Below are positions 36,137 to 44,943 of a DNA stretch of 61,873 nucleotides, piece by piece. The notes under the pieces are model-generated. The model searched no databases. It was not told the DNA's origin and was given only the letters and a program-made list of their open reading frames with translations. The DNA is taken from contig CAZVLR010000003.1 of NCBI GenBank assembly GCA_964628095.1, forward strand, positions 1-61,873, written 5' to 3'. A program made the translations under genes and the position numbers. The DNA comes from an uncultured Candidatus Saccharibacteria bacterium. GTDB lineage: Bacteria > Patescibacteriota > Minisyncoccia > Minisyncoccales > CAZVLR01. The stretch's first letter is position 1; each line of letters begins with the position of its first letter.

Positions 36137-36892
36137 TATAAGGGGGCTACCGTTGACGATGGCTAAAGTCGCCTCAAAATGGCAGGCTAAAGACCCGTCT
36201 GTAGTCTCAAAACCAAAGCCGTCAGCCGATTTTTTAAGCTTCCAATCGCCTACGGTTACCATAGGTTCAATGCAAAATACCATTCCCTCTTTAATTTCCG
36301 CCCCGGTCTTTCTCTGCCCGTAATTTAAAATTTGGGGGTCTTCGTGCAGCTTTTTGCCAATGCCGTGGCCGCATAGCTCTCGAACCACAGAAAAGCCTTG
36401 AGATTCGACAAATCTTTGAATGGTATTCCCCACGTCTCCAAAAGTATTCCCGACTTTGGCTTTTTTAATGCCTCTTTTTAAAGCTTTTTTGGTTACTTTA
36501 ATTAAGCGCTTGGCTTCCGGATCAATCCCGCCCACGCCAAAACTTTCAGCCATATCGGTATAAAAGCCCTTATAATAAACGCCGAAATCCAAAGTAATAA
36601 TATCCCCCTCTTTTAAAATCCTTCCCGAAGGCAGGGAATGAACGATTTCATTATTAACTGAAGTACAAAGAGAGGCCGGAAAGGGTTTTGAGCTTTTGTC
36701 TTTTTCATCCAAATAATTCAAAAAGGCGGGTTTGGCGCCCAATTTTAAAACAAGGTCGTAAGCGACCTTGTCCAATTCTTTTGTAGTAATTCCGGGCTTT
36801 ACTTTCTTTCCCAATTCCTTCATTGCCCTTGAAAGTATCTGCCCGCCCTCCCGCATTATTAATATTTCCTCCTTGGTCTTAATCTGAATCAT
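36122..36892 (-). CDS. map: Methionine aminopeptidase, type I
   Basis: ITLDFGVYYKGFYTDMA...GHGIG..LHE.P....Y........L..GMVF.IEP. Confidence 0.93.
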   Translation of the reverse strand: MIQIKTKEEILIMREGGQILSRAMKELGKKVKPGITTKELDKVAYDLVLKLGAKPAFLNYLDEKDKSSKPFPASLCTSVNNEIVHSLPSGRILKEGDIITLDFGVYYKGFYTDMAESFGVGGIDPEAKRLIKVTKKALKRGIKKAKVGNTFGDVGNTIQRFVESQGFSVVRELCGHGIGKKLHEDPQILNYGQRKTGAEIKEGMVFCIEPMVTVGDWKLKKSADGFGFETTDGSLACHFEATLAIVNGSPLILTDI

Positions 36893-36895
36893 CTT

Positions 36896-37600
36896 TTATT
36901 TTAAAACCTTGAGAATATTTTCGAAAATTACCGAGGGCGCGGGCGAACCGTTGATTTTTACGACTTTTAAGCCGGAATCTTGATAAAACTTAAGCAATGG
37001 AAAAGTTCTTTCTTGATATTCCTTAAGCCTAACTTTAATAGTTTCTATATTGTCCAAGCCCTTTCTAGCTTGTAGTTTTGAACCGTCCAGGGGGCATTTT
37101 GTCAGTTTTTCGGTCTCTTTTGAATACATGATGGTGTGACGCATTAGCTCGCAGAGTTTTCGATGCGAATTGCGCCAAATTGTTTCTTTGGCCGAAATTT
37201 CCAGCATAATTACCTTGATGTTTTTTAGCCCGTAAAGCCTTTTTAAAAGCGGTACTACCCGTTCACCTTCATAAAGCGTACGGGGCGACCCGGCTAAAAT
37301 AACGCTTTTGTCCTCGTCAAACAAAGTTTTTATTTTCTCTGATACCAAATAAGTAACCAGGGGCGGCGAACATAATTTGCCCGTTAAAAAAAGCTCTTTT
37401 TCTTTTTCAAGAGAATATTTTTTACCATCAACCAAAACCTGCTCGCCTTTTTTGGCTTTTTTAAAGCTTTCTTCCAACACCTTGCTGGTATCAAAATAAT
37501 AAAGGTTTAATTTTTCCGATAACAACTGGCCTTGAGTCCCTTTTCCCGAACCGGGCTGGCCCAATAAAATAACTACTTGTTTTTTATTAGAAGGTGTCAT
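36896..37600 (-). CDS. adk: Adenylate kinase
   Basis: P-loop LLGQPGSGKGTQ. Canonical position between secY and map. Confidence 0.85.
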   Translation of the reverse strand: MTPSNKKQVVILLGQPGSGKGTQGQLLSEKLNLYYFDTSKVLEESFKKAKKGEQVLVDGKKYSLEKEKELFLTGKLCSPPLVTYLVSEKIKTLFDEDKSVILAGSPRTLYEGERVVPLLKRLYGLKNIKVIMLEISAKETIWRNSHRKLCELMRHTIMYSKETEKLTKCPLDGSKLQARKGLDNIETIKVRLKEYQERTFPLLKFYQDSGLKVVKINGSPAPSVIFENILKVLK

Positions 37601-38882
37601 ATTCGCGCATTTGAAGCTGAGATTGTATTTGGCGCATAGTTTCTAATACCACGCTGACCACGATTAATAAAGAGGTGCCGCCGATTAAGAAATCAAAACC
37701 CTGTACGTTGGTTAAGCTTCCTACAATCGTAGGCAAAACAGCAATCGCCCCTAGAAACAAAGCGCCGATTAATAGTACTCTGTTTAAAATAAAATACATG
37801 AAATTAGCGGTGTTTTCGCCCGGCCTAATGCCCGGAATAAAACCGCCCATTTTTTGCAAATTGGTAGAAATGGCTTTGGGATCGAAAGTAACGGCGGTAT
37901 AAAAATAAGTAAAGAGCACTACCAAAATAAAATACATTATGCCGTGGCCCCAGGGATTTAATTGAGGACTGAAAAAATTAGAAACGGCTTTGGCGATATT
38001 TCCTGCCGTGCCGCCCAAACCGGTTAAAAAGCTGGCGATCATGCCTGGAAAAAGAAGTATAGACATGGCAAAGATAATGGGAATTACGCCAGCCGGATTA
38101 ATATTTAAAGGTAGATAAGTTGAAACGCCGCCAAAAATCCGATTACCCCTTACTCTTTTGGCATAAGAAACGGGGATATTCCGACGCGCTTCATTAATTA
38201 AAACCACGCCGGCCACAATTACCAAGGCAGCTAGGACAAAAAAAAGATAAGAAGGAATCTTGCTGGGATTTCCCTGTAAATCCAGAATCGCCTGTCTAAT
38301 ATTAATGGGTAAATTGGTAATAATGCCCGCGAAAATAAGTAGGGAAACGCCATTGCCAATACCTTTTTCCGAAAGCAACTCGCCCAGCCACATTAAAAAA
38401 ACCGTGCCTGCGGTAATGGTTAAAATCGCGGCAGCCAACTGAAAAGGCGAAAGTGCGCCGATTACCTGCTGGCGCTGAAATAAAGAAAGCATGGCAAAAG
38501 CCTGAAGCGCGCCTAAAAAGGGAGTGGCTAAACGGCCGTACTGGTTGAATTTCTGCCGGCCCTGTTCCCCTTCTTCTTTGTAAAGCTGTTCCAATTGGGG
38601 AAAAATCATCGTCAGCAGTTGCAGAATAATTACTGCGGTAATATAGGGGCCCAAGCCCAACATCACAATTGATAACTTATCCATGGAGCCGCCGGTAAAA
38701 GCGTTCAAAAGCCCGAAAATCTGAAACTGATTAAAAAAGGCCTTTAAGTTTTCGGCATTGATTCCGGGAACCGGAATATTGGCCATAATCCGAAAAATAA
38801 TAAAAATTCCCAAGACAAAAAGAATTTTGTTGCGCAAGTCCTTTATTTTAAAAATTTGGCTAACCTTAGAAGACCAACTCAT
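37587..38882 (-). CDS. secY: Preprotein translocase subunit SecY
   Basis: 431 aa with 10 TM segments. Contains LGLGPYITAVIILQLL, and lies after rplO. Confidence 0.95.
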   Translation of the reverse strand: MSWSSKVSQIFKIKDLRNKILFVLGIFIIFRIMANIPVPGINAENLKAFFNQFQIFGLLNAFTGGSMDKLSIVMLGLGPYITAVIILQLLTMIFPQLEQLYKEEGEQGRQKFNQYGRLATPFLGALQAFAMLSLFQRQQVIGALSPFQLAAAILTITAGTVFLMWLGELLSEKGIGNGVSLLIFAGIITNLPINIRQAILDLQGNPSKIPSYLFFVLAALVIVAGVVLINEARRNIPVSYAKRVRGNRIFGGVSTYLPLNINPAGVIPIIFAMSILLFPGMIASFLTGLGGTAGNIAKAVSNFFSPQLNPWGHGIMYFILVVLFTYFYTAVTFDPKAISTNLQKMGGFIPGIRPGENTANFMYFILNRVLLIGALFLGAIAVLPTIVGSLTNVQGFDFLIGGTSLLIVVSVVLETMRQIQSQLQMREYDTF

Positions 38883-38904
38883 ATGAATATTTTACCTTAA
38901 AAAT

Positions 38905-39336
38905 TTATTTAACGTTACCGCCCGCTTTTTCAACTTGCTCTTTAGCCCCTTGAGAAACTTTGCAGCCCCGAATAATGAATTTTTTTGAAATCTTGTTGTT
39001 GCCTAAAATTTTAATCTCGGGTATTTTCCCTTTTATTTTACGAATTATTCCCGCTTTTAGCAATGAGCTGGGTGATACCACCTGCCCGCCTAAGAACTTC
39101 TTTTCCAAAGTTTTTATCTGCAATTCCAATGGCCTCGGACCCTGTATGTTAAAACGGTATCCCCTTAATTTAGGATATCTTTTAATAAACTGGCGGATGG
39201 CCGGTTTTAATTTATGCCCGGCGCGCGATTTCTGGCCCTTTTGACCCTTGCCTGAATAGGTTCCCCTTTTTCCGCCCCGGCCGACGCGCTGGCCTCTTTT
39301 GGTTTTATGAATTGGCTTGATTTGATGTAACTGCAT
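38905..39336 (-). CDS. rplO: 50S ribosomal protein L15
   Basis: KRGQRVGRGGKRGTYSGKGQKGQKSR. Confidence 0.9.
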   Translation of the reverse strand: MQLHQIKPIHKTKRGQRVGRGGKRGTYSGKGQKGQKSRAGHKLKPAIRQFIKRYPKLRGYRFNIQGPRPLELQIKTLEKKFLGGQVVSPSSLLKAGIIRKIKGKIPEIKILGNNKISKKFIIRGCKVSQGAKEQVEKAGGNVK

Positions 39337-39829
39337 TTTTTTCTGTTATTTGATGTTTTATTCTTAATCCTTGCAAAGCTAAAATGGTGGCTTTGGCGTT
39401 ATTCAATTTATTGCCAGTCCGGCCGATGATTTTAGAAGAAATATTCTTAATGCCGCCCAAGGTACAAATTACTCGAACCGTACCGCCGGCTACCAAGCCT
39501 TTGCCCCTGGTTTTAGGTTTTAATAAAACTTTGGCCGCACCGTATTTGGCGTAAACCTCGTGCGGAATCGTATCCCTTACAATTGGAATGTTAATTAAAT
39601 TCTTTTTAGCCATGCGAGTGGCTTTTTCCATAGATTGAGCCACATCAATGCCTTTAGCTACGCCCACGCCGACCCGGCCCTTTTGATTACCCACCACCAT
39701 TACGGCGCGGAATTTAAAACGCTTTCCGCCGGCCGATACCCTGGTAACGCGGGCCAAATCTAAAAGCTTTGAATCGAATTCGTCTTTTTTAATTTCTCTT
39801 GGTCTATTTGATGATCTTTCTCTTCTCAT
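39305..39829 (-). CDS. rpsE: 30S ribosomal protein S5
   Basis: RVTRVSAGGKRFKFRAVMVVGNQKGRVGVGVAKG...V.LKP...G.GL.AGG.VR. The 3' end overlaps rplO by 32 nt, and no rpmD lies between them. Confidence 0.9.
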   Translation of the reverse strand: MRRERSSNRPREIKKDEFDSKLLDLARVTRVSAGGKRFKFRAVMVVGNQKGRVGVGVAKGIDVAQSMEKATRMAKKNLINIPIVRDTIPHEVYAKYGAAKVLLKPKTRGKGLVAGGTVRVICTLGGIKNISSKIIGRTGNKLNNAKATILALQGLRIKHQITEKNAVTSNQANS

Positions 39830-39835
39830 ATATTT

Positions 39836-40216
39836 TTAAAATTTAAGCCCGGCTTCTCTGGCGCCCTCAGCCAAAGCTTTTACCTTGCCATGATATTTGT
39901 AGCCGGCCCGGTCAAAAACAACTTTTTCAATTTTAATCTTCTTGGCTTTTTCGGCCAATAAAGTACCGATTTGGAAAGCTAAAGCTTCTTTATTCCCCAA
40001 AACCCGGCCCGAAGCATCTTTTTTATCTTTAGTTTTTGTTTTTATTTCAAAATCGTTGGCAGAAGCCAAAGTTTTATTCTTTTGGTCATCAATCAGTTGG
40101 GCATATAAATGCCGGCCTGATCTGAAAACACAAAGTCGGGGCGTTTTATCGCTGCCCTTTATTCTGGCCCTTATTCTGTTGTGCCGCCTGGCTCTTTTTT
40201 GCTGTTTTTGTAACAT
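39836..40216 (-). CDS. rplR: 50S ribosomal protein L18
   Basis: RARRHNRIRARIKGSDKTPRLCVFRSGRHLYAQLIDD...FDR.GY.YHG.V.ALA.GAREAGL.F. Confidence 0.92.
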   Translation of the reverse strand: MLQKQQKRARRHNRIRARIKGSDKTPRLCVFRSGRHLYAQLIDDQKNKTLASANDFEIKTKTKDKKDASGRVLGNKEALAFQIGTLLAEKAKKIKIEKVVFDRAGYKYHGKVKALAEGAREAGLKF

Positions 40217-40228
40217 ATTTTTAAAAAA

Positions 40229-40783
40229 TTAACTACCCGAAGCTACGGCTTTCTTGCCCAGTTTTTTACGAACAATTTCGCCAAAATACCTAATGCCCTT
40301 ACCCTGGTAAGGCTCGGGGGGTTTCACCGCTCTAATTTTGGCGGAAATCTGCCCCACTTCTTCTTTATCATACCCAGAAACTGTAATAATGTTTTTTTCA
40401 ACGGTAAATTTAATCCCTTGAGGCGGATTAATTTTTACCGGATGGCTAAAGCCCAATTGCATTACTAAAACTTCGCCTTCCAAATTCACTTTATAACCCA
40501 AACCTTCAATCTGCAGTTTTTTCTGGTAACCTTCGGTAACGCCTTTTATCATGTTGAAAACCAAAACGTTGGTTAAACCCCAAAGCGCATTGATCTTTTT
40601 TAATTGTGATTCTTTATTTTCCAAACTAACCAAAAGCTGATTGTCTTTCATCTCAATCTTAATCTCAGGCGAAAACGAGCGCGATAACTCGCCTTTGGGA
40701 CCCTTTACCTGAATATTATTTCCTTCGATTTTTACCTGCACCTCTTGCGGTATTAAAATTGGTTTTTTGCCTACGCGACTCAT
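40229..40783 (-). CDS. rplF: 50S ribosomal protein L6
   Basis: MSRVGKKPILIP..V.V......I.VKGPKGEL...GYK...EG..L....GFSHPV. Confidence 0.92.
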   Translation of the reverse strand: MSRVGKKPILIPQEVQVKIEGNNIQVKGPKGELSRSFSPEIKIEMKDNQLLVSLENKESQLKKINALWGLTNVLVFNMIKGVTEGYQKKLQIEGLGYKVNLEGEVLVMQLGFSHPVKINPPQGIKFTVEKNIITVSGYDKEEVGQISAKIRAVKPPEPYQGKGIRYFGEIVRKKLGKKAVASGS

Positions 40784-40787
40784 ATTA

Positions 40788-41177
40788 TTACCAAATTTGG
40801 CAGATTATTTCTCCGCCTAATTTTTTTCTTTTAGCTTCTCTATCGGTCATTAAACCCTGGGGGGTAGAAATTATGGAAAAACCAAAACCGCTTTTTATTT
40901 GTTTAATATCCCGATAACCCTGATAAATTCTCTGCCCGGGCTTGGAAACCCTTTTTAAACCCGAAATTAAAGGCAGCTTGTCTTCATATTTTAAAGTTAG
41001 CTCAATTACCTTTCTGGTTTTTCTTTCTTTCTTTTCCACTTTTTCAACCAAGCCCCTCTTTTCTAAGATTTTAGCGATTTCATACTTAAGTTTTGAAAAA
41101 GGAAAAACCACCTCGGCTTTTTGAGCACCTTGGGCGTTTCTAATTCTGTTTAAAAAGTCGGTAATTGGATCAGTCAT
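40788..41177 (-). CDS. rpsH: 30S ribosomal protein S8
   Basis: DPITDFLNRIRNA..A....V..P.SK.K..IA.IL...G...ISTP.G.MTD.EA....LGGE. Confidence 0.92.
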   Translation of the reverse strand: MTDPITDFLNRIRNAQGAQKAEVVFPFSKLKYEIAKILEKRGLVEKVEKKERKTRKVIELTLKYEDKLPLISGLKRVSKPGQRIYQGYRDIKQIKSGFGFSIISTPQGLMTDREAKRKKLGGEIICQIW

Positions 41178-41182
41178 AATGT

Positions 41183-41368
41183 TTACCAGCTTGATTTTTT
41201 AACGCCGGGAATCAAACCTTGGTTGGCCAGCTCCCGAAAACAAATGCGGCAAACGCCGAATTTTCTCATAAAGGCCCTTTTCCGACCACATCTAAAACAA
41301 CGCCGGACCAGGCGTGATGTATACTTTGGTTTTCTATTCGATTTGGCTTCTTGACTGGTCGTTGCCAT
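41183..41368 (-). CDS. rpsN: 30S ribosomal protein S14, zinc-binding type Z (61 aa)
   Basis: [38 protein letters not shown]. Confidence 0.92.
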   Translation of the reverse strand: MATTSQEAKSNRKPKYTSRLVRRCFRCGRKRAFMRKFGVCRICFRELANQGLIPGVKKSSW

Positions 41369-41410
41369 AATGCTTAATCTTAGCTTATTTTTCTAAAAAT
41401 TGCAATATAT

Positions 41411-42364
41411 TTAATAGGAAAGGTTCGAATACTTGCCGCACCTATCATTCCAACGGGAAACCACCTTATCGTCGATTCTGGCCTCAATTACCTCGCACAT
41501 ATTGGGACAACCATTGCACTGAAAGGAGGTGCATTTGATATTTTTATCCGAAACCTCCCAGCCGCGGAACTTGCTCTTTTCGGGCGCGTTTTCCTGGGCT
41601 AAAATCGCCATACCCAAAGCCCCGACTACGGTGTTGTATTGGGGTACTATCACATTGCTGCCAATCACCTCTTCAAAAGCCTTTCTCATGCCTAAATTCT
41701 CTGAAACACCGCCCAAAAAAATAATCGGCGATTCAATCTTTTTACTTTTAGCAACATTAGACAGATAATTCCTTGCCAAACCGTGGCACAAACCGGCAAT
41801 AATATCTTCTCTTGTATGGCCGATCTGTTGCTTATGAATCATATCAGACTCGGCAAAAACCGTGCAACGACTGCCAATAATCGTGGGCTGGCCGGATTTT
41901 AAAGCCAGCTCGCCGAATTTCTCTACGGGAATTCCCATGCGAAAGGACTGAGCATCCAAAAAACTGCCTGTACCCGCCGCGCAAATTAAGTTCATGGCAA
42001 AATCAACCACCACACCGTTTTCCAAAAGAATAATTTTGGAATCCTGACCGCCAATCTCAATTACGGTTCTAACTTCTGGCATTAAAAAACCCGCGCCTTT
42101 AGCATGAGCGGAAATTTCATTTTTAACCAAATCGGCGCCAACAATAACCCCCGCTAAATACCGGGCCGAACCGGTGGTGCCCACACTCGCAATTTCAATG
42201 TTTTCAGATATTTCTTTTTTCAAATGGGATAGGCCCGATTGGATTGATCTAATTGGATCTCCTTCGGTGCGGAAATAGAAGTACTTTAAAACTTCTCTCT
42301 GCTCATTAATTAAAACGAATTTTGTTGAAACCGAGCCAACATCGACTCCCAAATATGTTTTCAT
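41411..42364 (-). CDS. HgdC/BcrAD/BadFG-family ATP-dependent electron-transfer activase (ASKHA fold, bridging [4Fe-4S]) with a Cys-rich C-terminal extension
   Basis: YLGVDVGSVSTKFVLI (phosphate-1). Cluster-ligand contexts NLICAAGTGSFLD and GSRCTVFAESDMI match HgdC-type activators. The extra tail reads CTSFQCNGCPNMCEV...RCGKY. Confidence 0.75.
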   Translation of the reverse strand: MKTYLGVDVGSVSTKFVLINEQREVLKYFYFRTEGDPIRSIQSGLSHLKKEISENIEIASVGTTGSARYLAGVIVGADLVKNEISAHAKGAGFLMPEVRTVIEIGGQDSKIILLENGVVVDFAMNLICAAGTGSFLDAQSFRMGIPVEKFGELALKSGQPTIIGSRCTVFAESDMIHKQQIGHTREDIIAGLCHGLARNYLSNVAKSKKIESPIIFLGGVSENLGMRKAFEEVIGSNVIVPQYNTVVGALGMAILAQENAPEKSKFRGWEVSDKNIKCTSFQCNGCPNMCEVIEARIDDKVVSRWNDRCGKYSNLSY

Positions 42365-42378
42365 AATGTTTTTTAAGT

Positions 42379-43461
42379 TTAAATTTGTTTAATGCCTCTT
42401 TTTGATTTCATTAAATCCACAAAGGCCTCAATTCTGGTTTGAATTCCCGCTTCGCCGCTTTGTTCATCCAAAGAAATGCTTAAAAACGGCGTTTTATTCT
42501 TTTCGCTGATTCTTTGCAAAATCGGCCGTACGGTTACCTCGGGCATGCAGCCAAAGGGCAATAGTTGTATTATTCCATCAAAGCCTTTTTTTGTATAATC
42601 TAAAATCTCGGCAATCGCCTCTCGGCCGTGCCCGCCCACATCGGCTTTTAAATAAGAGCGGATTTTAAACTGCAAAGGCTTTTCTTTCCAAAAAAATCCG
42701 CTAAGCAGATGACCCGACAAATTCAGATCGCGATGGATTTGGACACCCATTTCCCCCAGCTTTTTTTCCATCTCAAAGTTTATCTTGCTGTCCGATACCG
42801 TATAAATCTCCCCCAGTAGCCCCACCTGTAAAATCTTTTTATTTTCATCGAGGGAAATTTGAGAAAATCTTTTCCAGGCGGTTTTTTTAATCTTTAAAAA
42901 ATCTTTGTAGGTTTTAGCTTCTTTAAAATCGGCCAAAGCTAATTTTAAGGTCTTTTCTGTCTCGCCCCGATTTTTTTCCCTGGGCTGATAATACCAAAAC
43001 TTTCTTTCCAGTTTTTCAACAAACATAATTTCCGTTAAAAAAGCCAGGAATAATTTTGCAAACTGGAAATAGGAAACGTTTTTGGGAGAAATCGATTTTA
43101 TCTGCGAAAAAACGTTATGAGCGTTTAAATTGACAAAGCGGATATCGTGGCCGGCATCTTTTAAGATTTTCTCTTGCACTATCCAATAATATCTTAGGCG
43201 GCAAATGCCGTTAACGTTTTCCCACATTAAAATGGTATTGGCCCCCTTTTCAATGGCTTTTAAATAATTTCCCACATTCACCTTAAAAGGAAAGCAAAAA
43301 AGCTCAGGCGAAAGCTTGGAACCGTTCCTGACAGCTTCAGCATTAGTTTCCTCGGGTGCGATAAACTGCAAGCTTAATTTTTGCATTAACTTTTCAAAAA
43401 CCGGCGTGTAATTGCCCCAATAAGGAAAAGTAACAATGGTATTTGAATTGTTTTCTGGCAT
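42379..43461 (-). CDS. Activase-associated protein, second subunit (2-hydroxyacyl-CoA dehydratase / DUF2229-related)
   Basis: 360 aa, with conserved Cys contexts ELFCFPFK, NGICRLRYY and LLPFGCMPEV. The C-terminal LSISLDEQSGEAGIQTRIEAFVD parallels the C-terminus of the upstream paralog (LLIDEHTAEAGLQTRLEAFID). Confidence 0.55.
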   Translation of the reverse strand: MPENNSNTIVTFPYWGNYTPVFEKLMQKLSLQFIAPEETNAEAVRNGSKLSPELFCFPFKVNVGNYLKAIEKGANTILMWENVNGICRLRYYWIVQEKILKDAGHDIRFVNLNAHNVFSQIKSISPKNVSYFQFAKLFLAFLTEIMFVEKLERKFWYYQPREKNRGETEKTLKLALADFKEAKTYKDFLKIKKTAWKRFSQISLDENKKILQVGLLGEIYTVSDSKINFEMEKKLGEMGVQIHRDLNLSGHLLSGFFWKEKPLQFKIRSYLKADVGGHGREAIAEILDYTKKGFDGIIQLLPFGCMPEVTVRPILQRISEKNKTPFLSISLDEQSGEAGIQTRIEAFVDLMKSKRGIKQI

Positions 43462-43465
43462 AAAA

Positions 43466-44356
43466 TTATCTGTTGGATAAAGTATCGATAAAAGCCTCTA
43501 GCCTTGTTTGTAGCCCGGCTTCGGCCGTGTGTTCGTCGATTAATAAGTATAAAAAGGGAATTTTTTGGCCGGTGAATTCCCGCTCTACAAACTCTTTAAT
43601 TACCGCATCGCAACCGCACTGAAAAGCGGAAATCTCTACAGCACCCGATATCTTTTCTCTTGAAGCGCTGTGGGACAAAGCAATCAGTTCCTTGCCAAAC
43701 TCCCAATGAAACCTGTTAGCAAAGGTATTATTATTAATATCACCCTCTGGTATCTGGTCGATAAAAATAACCTCCGCACCCAGTTTTTCCAGCCTTTCTT
43801 TGATATTCAAATTAACGTAGTCATCGTAAAGATTATACGGATGGCTCACCACTATAATCTTTTTTTTATCAGAAGATATTTTTTTAAGATACTCTTCTTT
43901 TTTTTGCCGCTCGCTCTCGTGCATTAAAGCTTGGGCCTTTTTGGCCGCTTCAAAAACAATATTTTCGCTTTTCCCGAGTTTCAAACCGGTGTTCATCAAA
44001 GTCGCCTGCAAGTTGTCTTTGGAAAAATCTACCTGAGGAGAAATAATTTTATTTTTCAAGAATGTTTTGGAAAGATCGGGCAGACCGAAGAATTTTGGGC
44101 AGTATTCGCCCAAAGAGTTTTTTTTATAACGAGGCAGAAAAATCGTATCAACCCTTTCATCCAGCCATAACAAATGGCCATAAAGAATTTTCACTGAAAA
44201 ACAGGTTTCCGAATCGGCGGTTTTTACCCCTTTTTCAACAATTTCCTTATTAGTTTGGGGAGAAAGCTGGATATTATAGCCCAATTCTTTAAAAAAATTC
44301 TCCCATAGTAAGGGATGCTTCCAGTAGAATAAAGCTCGAGGAATGCCAATAATCAT
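43466..44356 (-). CDS. Activase-associated protein, first subunit (DUF2229 'CoA enzyme activase uncharacterised domain'-like)
   Basis: The N-terminal IIGIPRALFYWKHPLLWENFFKELGYNIQLSPQTNKEIVEKGVKTADSETCFSVK is the typical opening of DUF2229 proteins as I recall them. Other Cys contexts are GEYCPKF and FQCGCDAV. Confidence 0.6.
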   Translation of the reverse strand: MIIGIPRALFYWKHPLLWENFFKELGYNIQLSPQTNKEIVEKGVKTADSETCFSVKILYGHLLWLDERVDTIFLPRYKKNSLGEYCPKFFGLPDLSKTFLKNKIISPQVDFSKDNLQATLMNTGLKLGKSENIVFEAAKKAQALMHESERQKKEEYLKKISSDKKKIIVVSHPYNLYDDYVNLNIKERLEKLGAEVIFIDQIPEGDINNNTFANRFHWEFGKELIALSHSASREKISGAVEISAFQCGCDAVIKEFVEREFTGQKIPFLYLLIDEHTAEAGLQTRLEAFIDTLSNR

Positions 44357-44371
44357 ATTGGTTTTTGTTTT

Positions 44372-44932
44372 TTAAGGTTTTATCGGAAAACCCATCAATC
44401 TCAGTAGTTCCACGCCTTCTTGCCGTTTTTTAATATTGGTAGTAATGGTAATTTGAAACCCAAAAATCATTCTTACCTTTTCAGGCAGAATTTCGGGGAA
44501 AATAATATGCTCTTTAATGGCAAATGTTAAATCCCCTTTTTTATCAAAAGATTTGCTGTCCAAGCCCTGAAAATCGCGCGAACGAGGCAAGGCGATATTG
44601 ATCACCCGCTCCAAAAAATCGTTCATTTTACGACCCCGCAGCGTAACTTTAGCGCCCAAAGGCATGCCCTGTCTGATTTTAAAACCTGAAATGGCTTTCT
44701 TGGACAAAGTAATCACGGCTCTCTGTCCGGTAATCTGGGTTAAATCATCAGCAATAGCAATAGCAATCTTTTTTTGCTCATCGTTGGTCTTTCCTACCAC
44801 CTGGCGACCAAAACCGGTATTCACCACCACCTTTTCAATCCGAGGCACGGCCATAATGTTTTTATAACCAAACTTTTCCATCATTTTGGGCACCACCTCT
44901 TTTTTATATTTTTCAGATAAATTGATTGACAT
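44372..44932 (-). CDS. rplE: 50S ribosomal protein L5
   Basis: L...Y...V.P.MMEKFGYKN.MAVPRIEKVV.N.G...ALPR.RDF.G. Confidence 0.92.
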   Translation of the reverse strand: MSINLSEKYKKEVVPKMMEKFGYKNIMAVPRIEKVVVNTGFGRQVVGKTNDEQKKIAIAIADDLTQITGQRAVITLSKKAISGFKIRQGMPLGAKVTLRGRKMNDFLERVINIALPRSRDFQGLDSKSFDKKGDLTFAIKEHIIFPEILPEKVRMIFGFQITITTNIKKRQEGVELLRLMGFPIKP

Positions 44933-44943
44933 GTTTTTTTATT

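Noticed and set aside
41369-41410. Possible internal promoter (TTGCAA-17-TAAGAT) between the activase gene and rpsN.
   Set aside because: Both hexamers are weak matches in AT-rich DNA, so I cannot distinguish it from chance. I did not list it as a feature.
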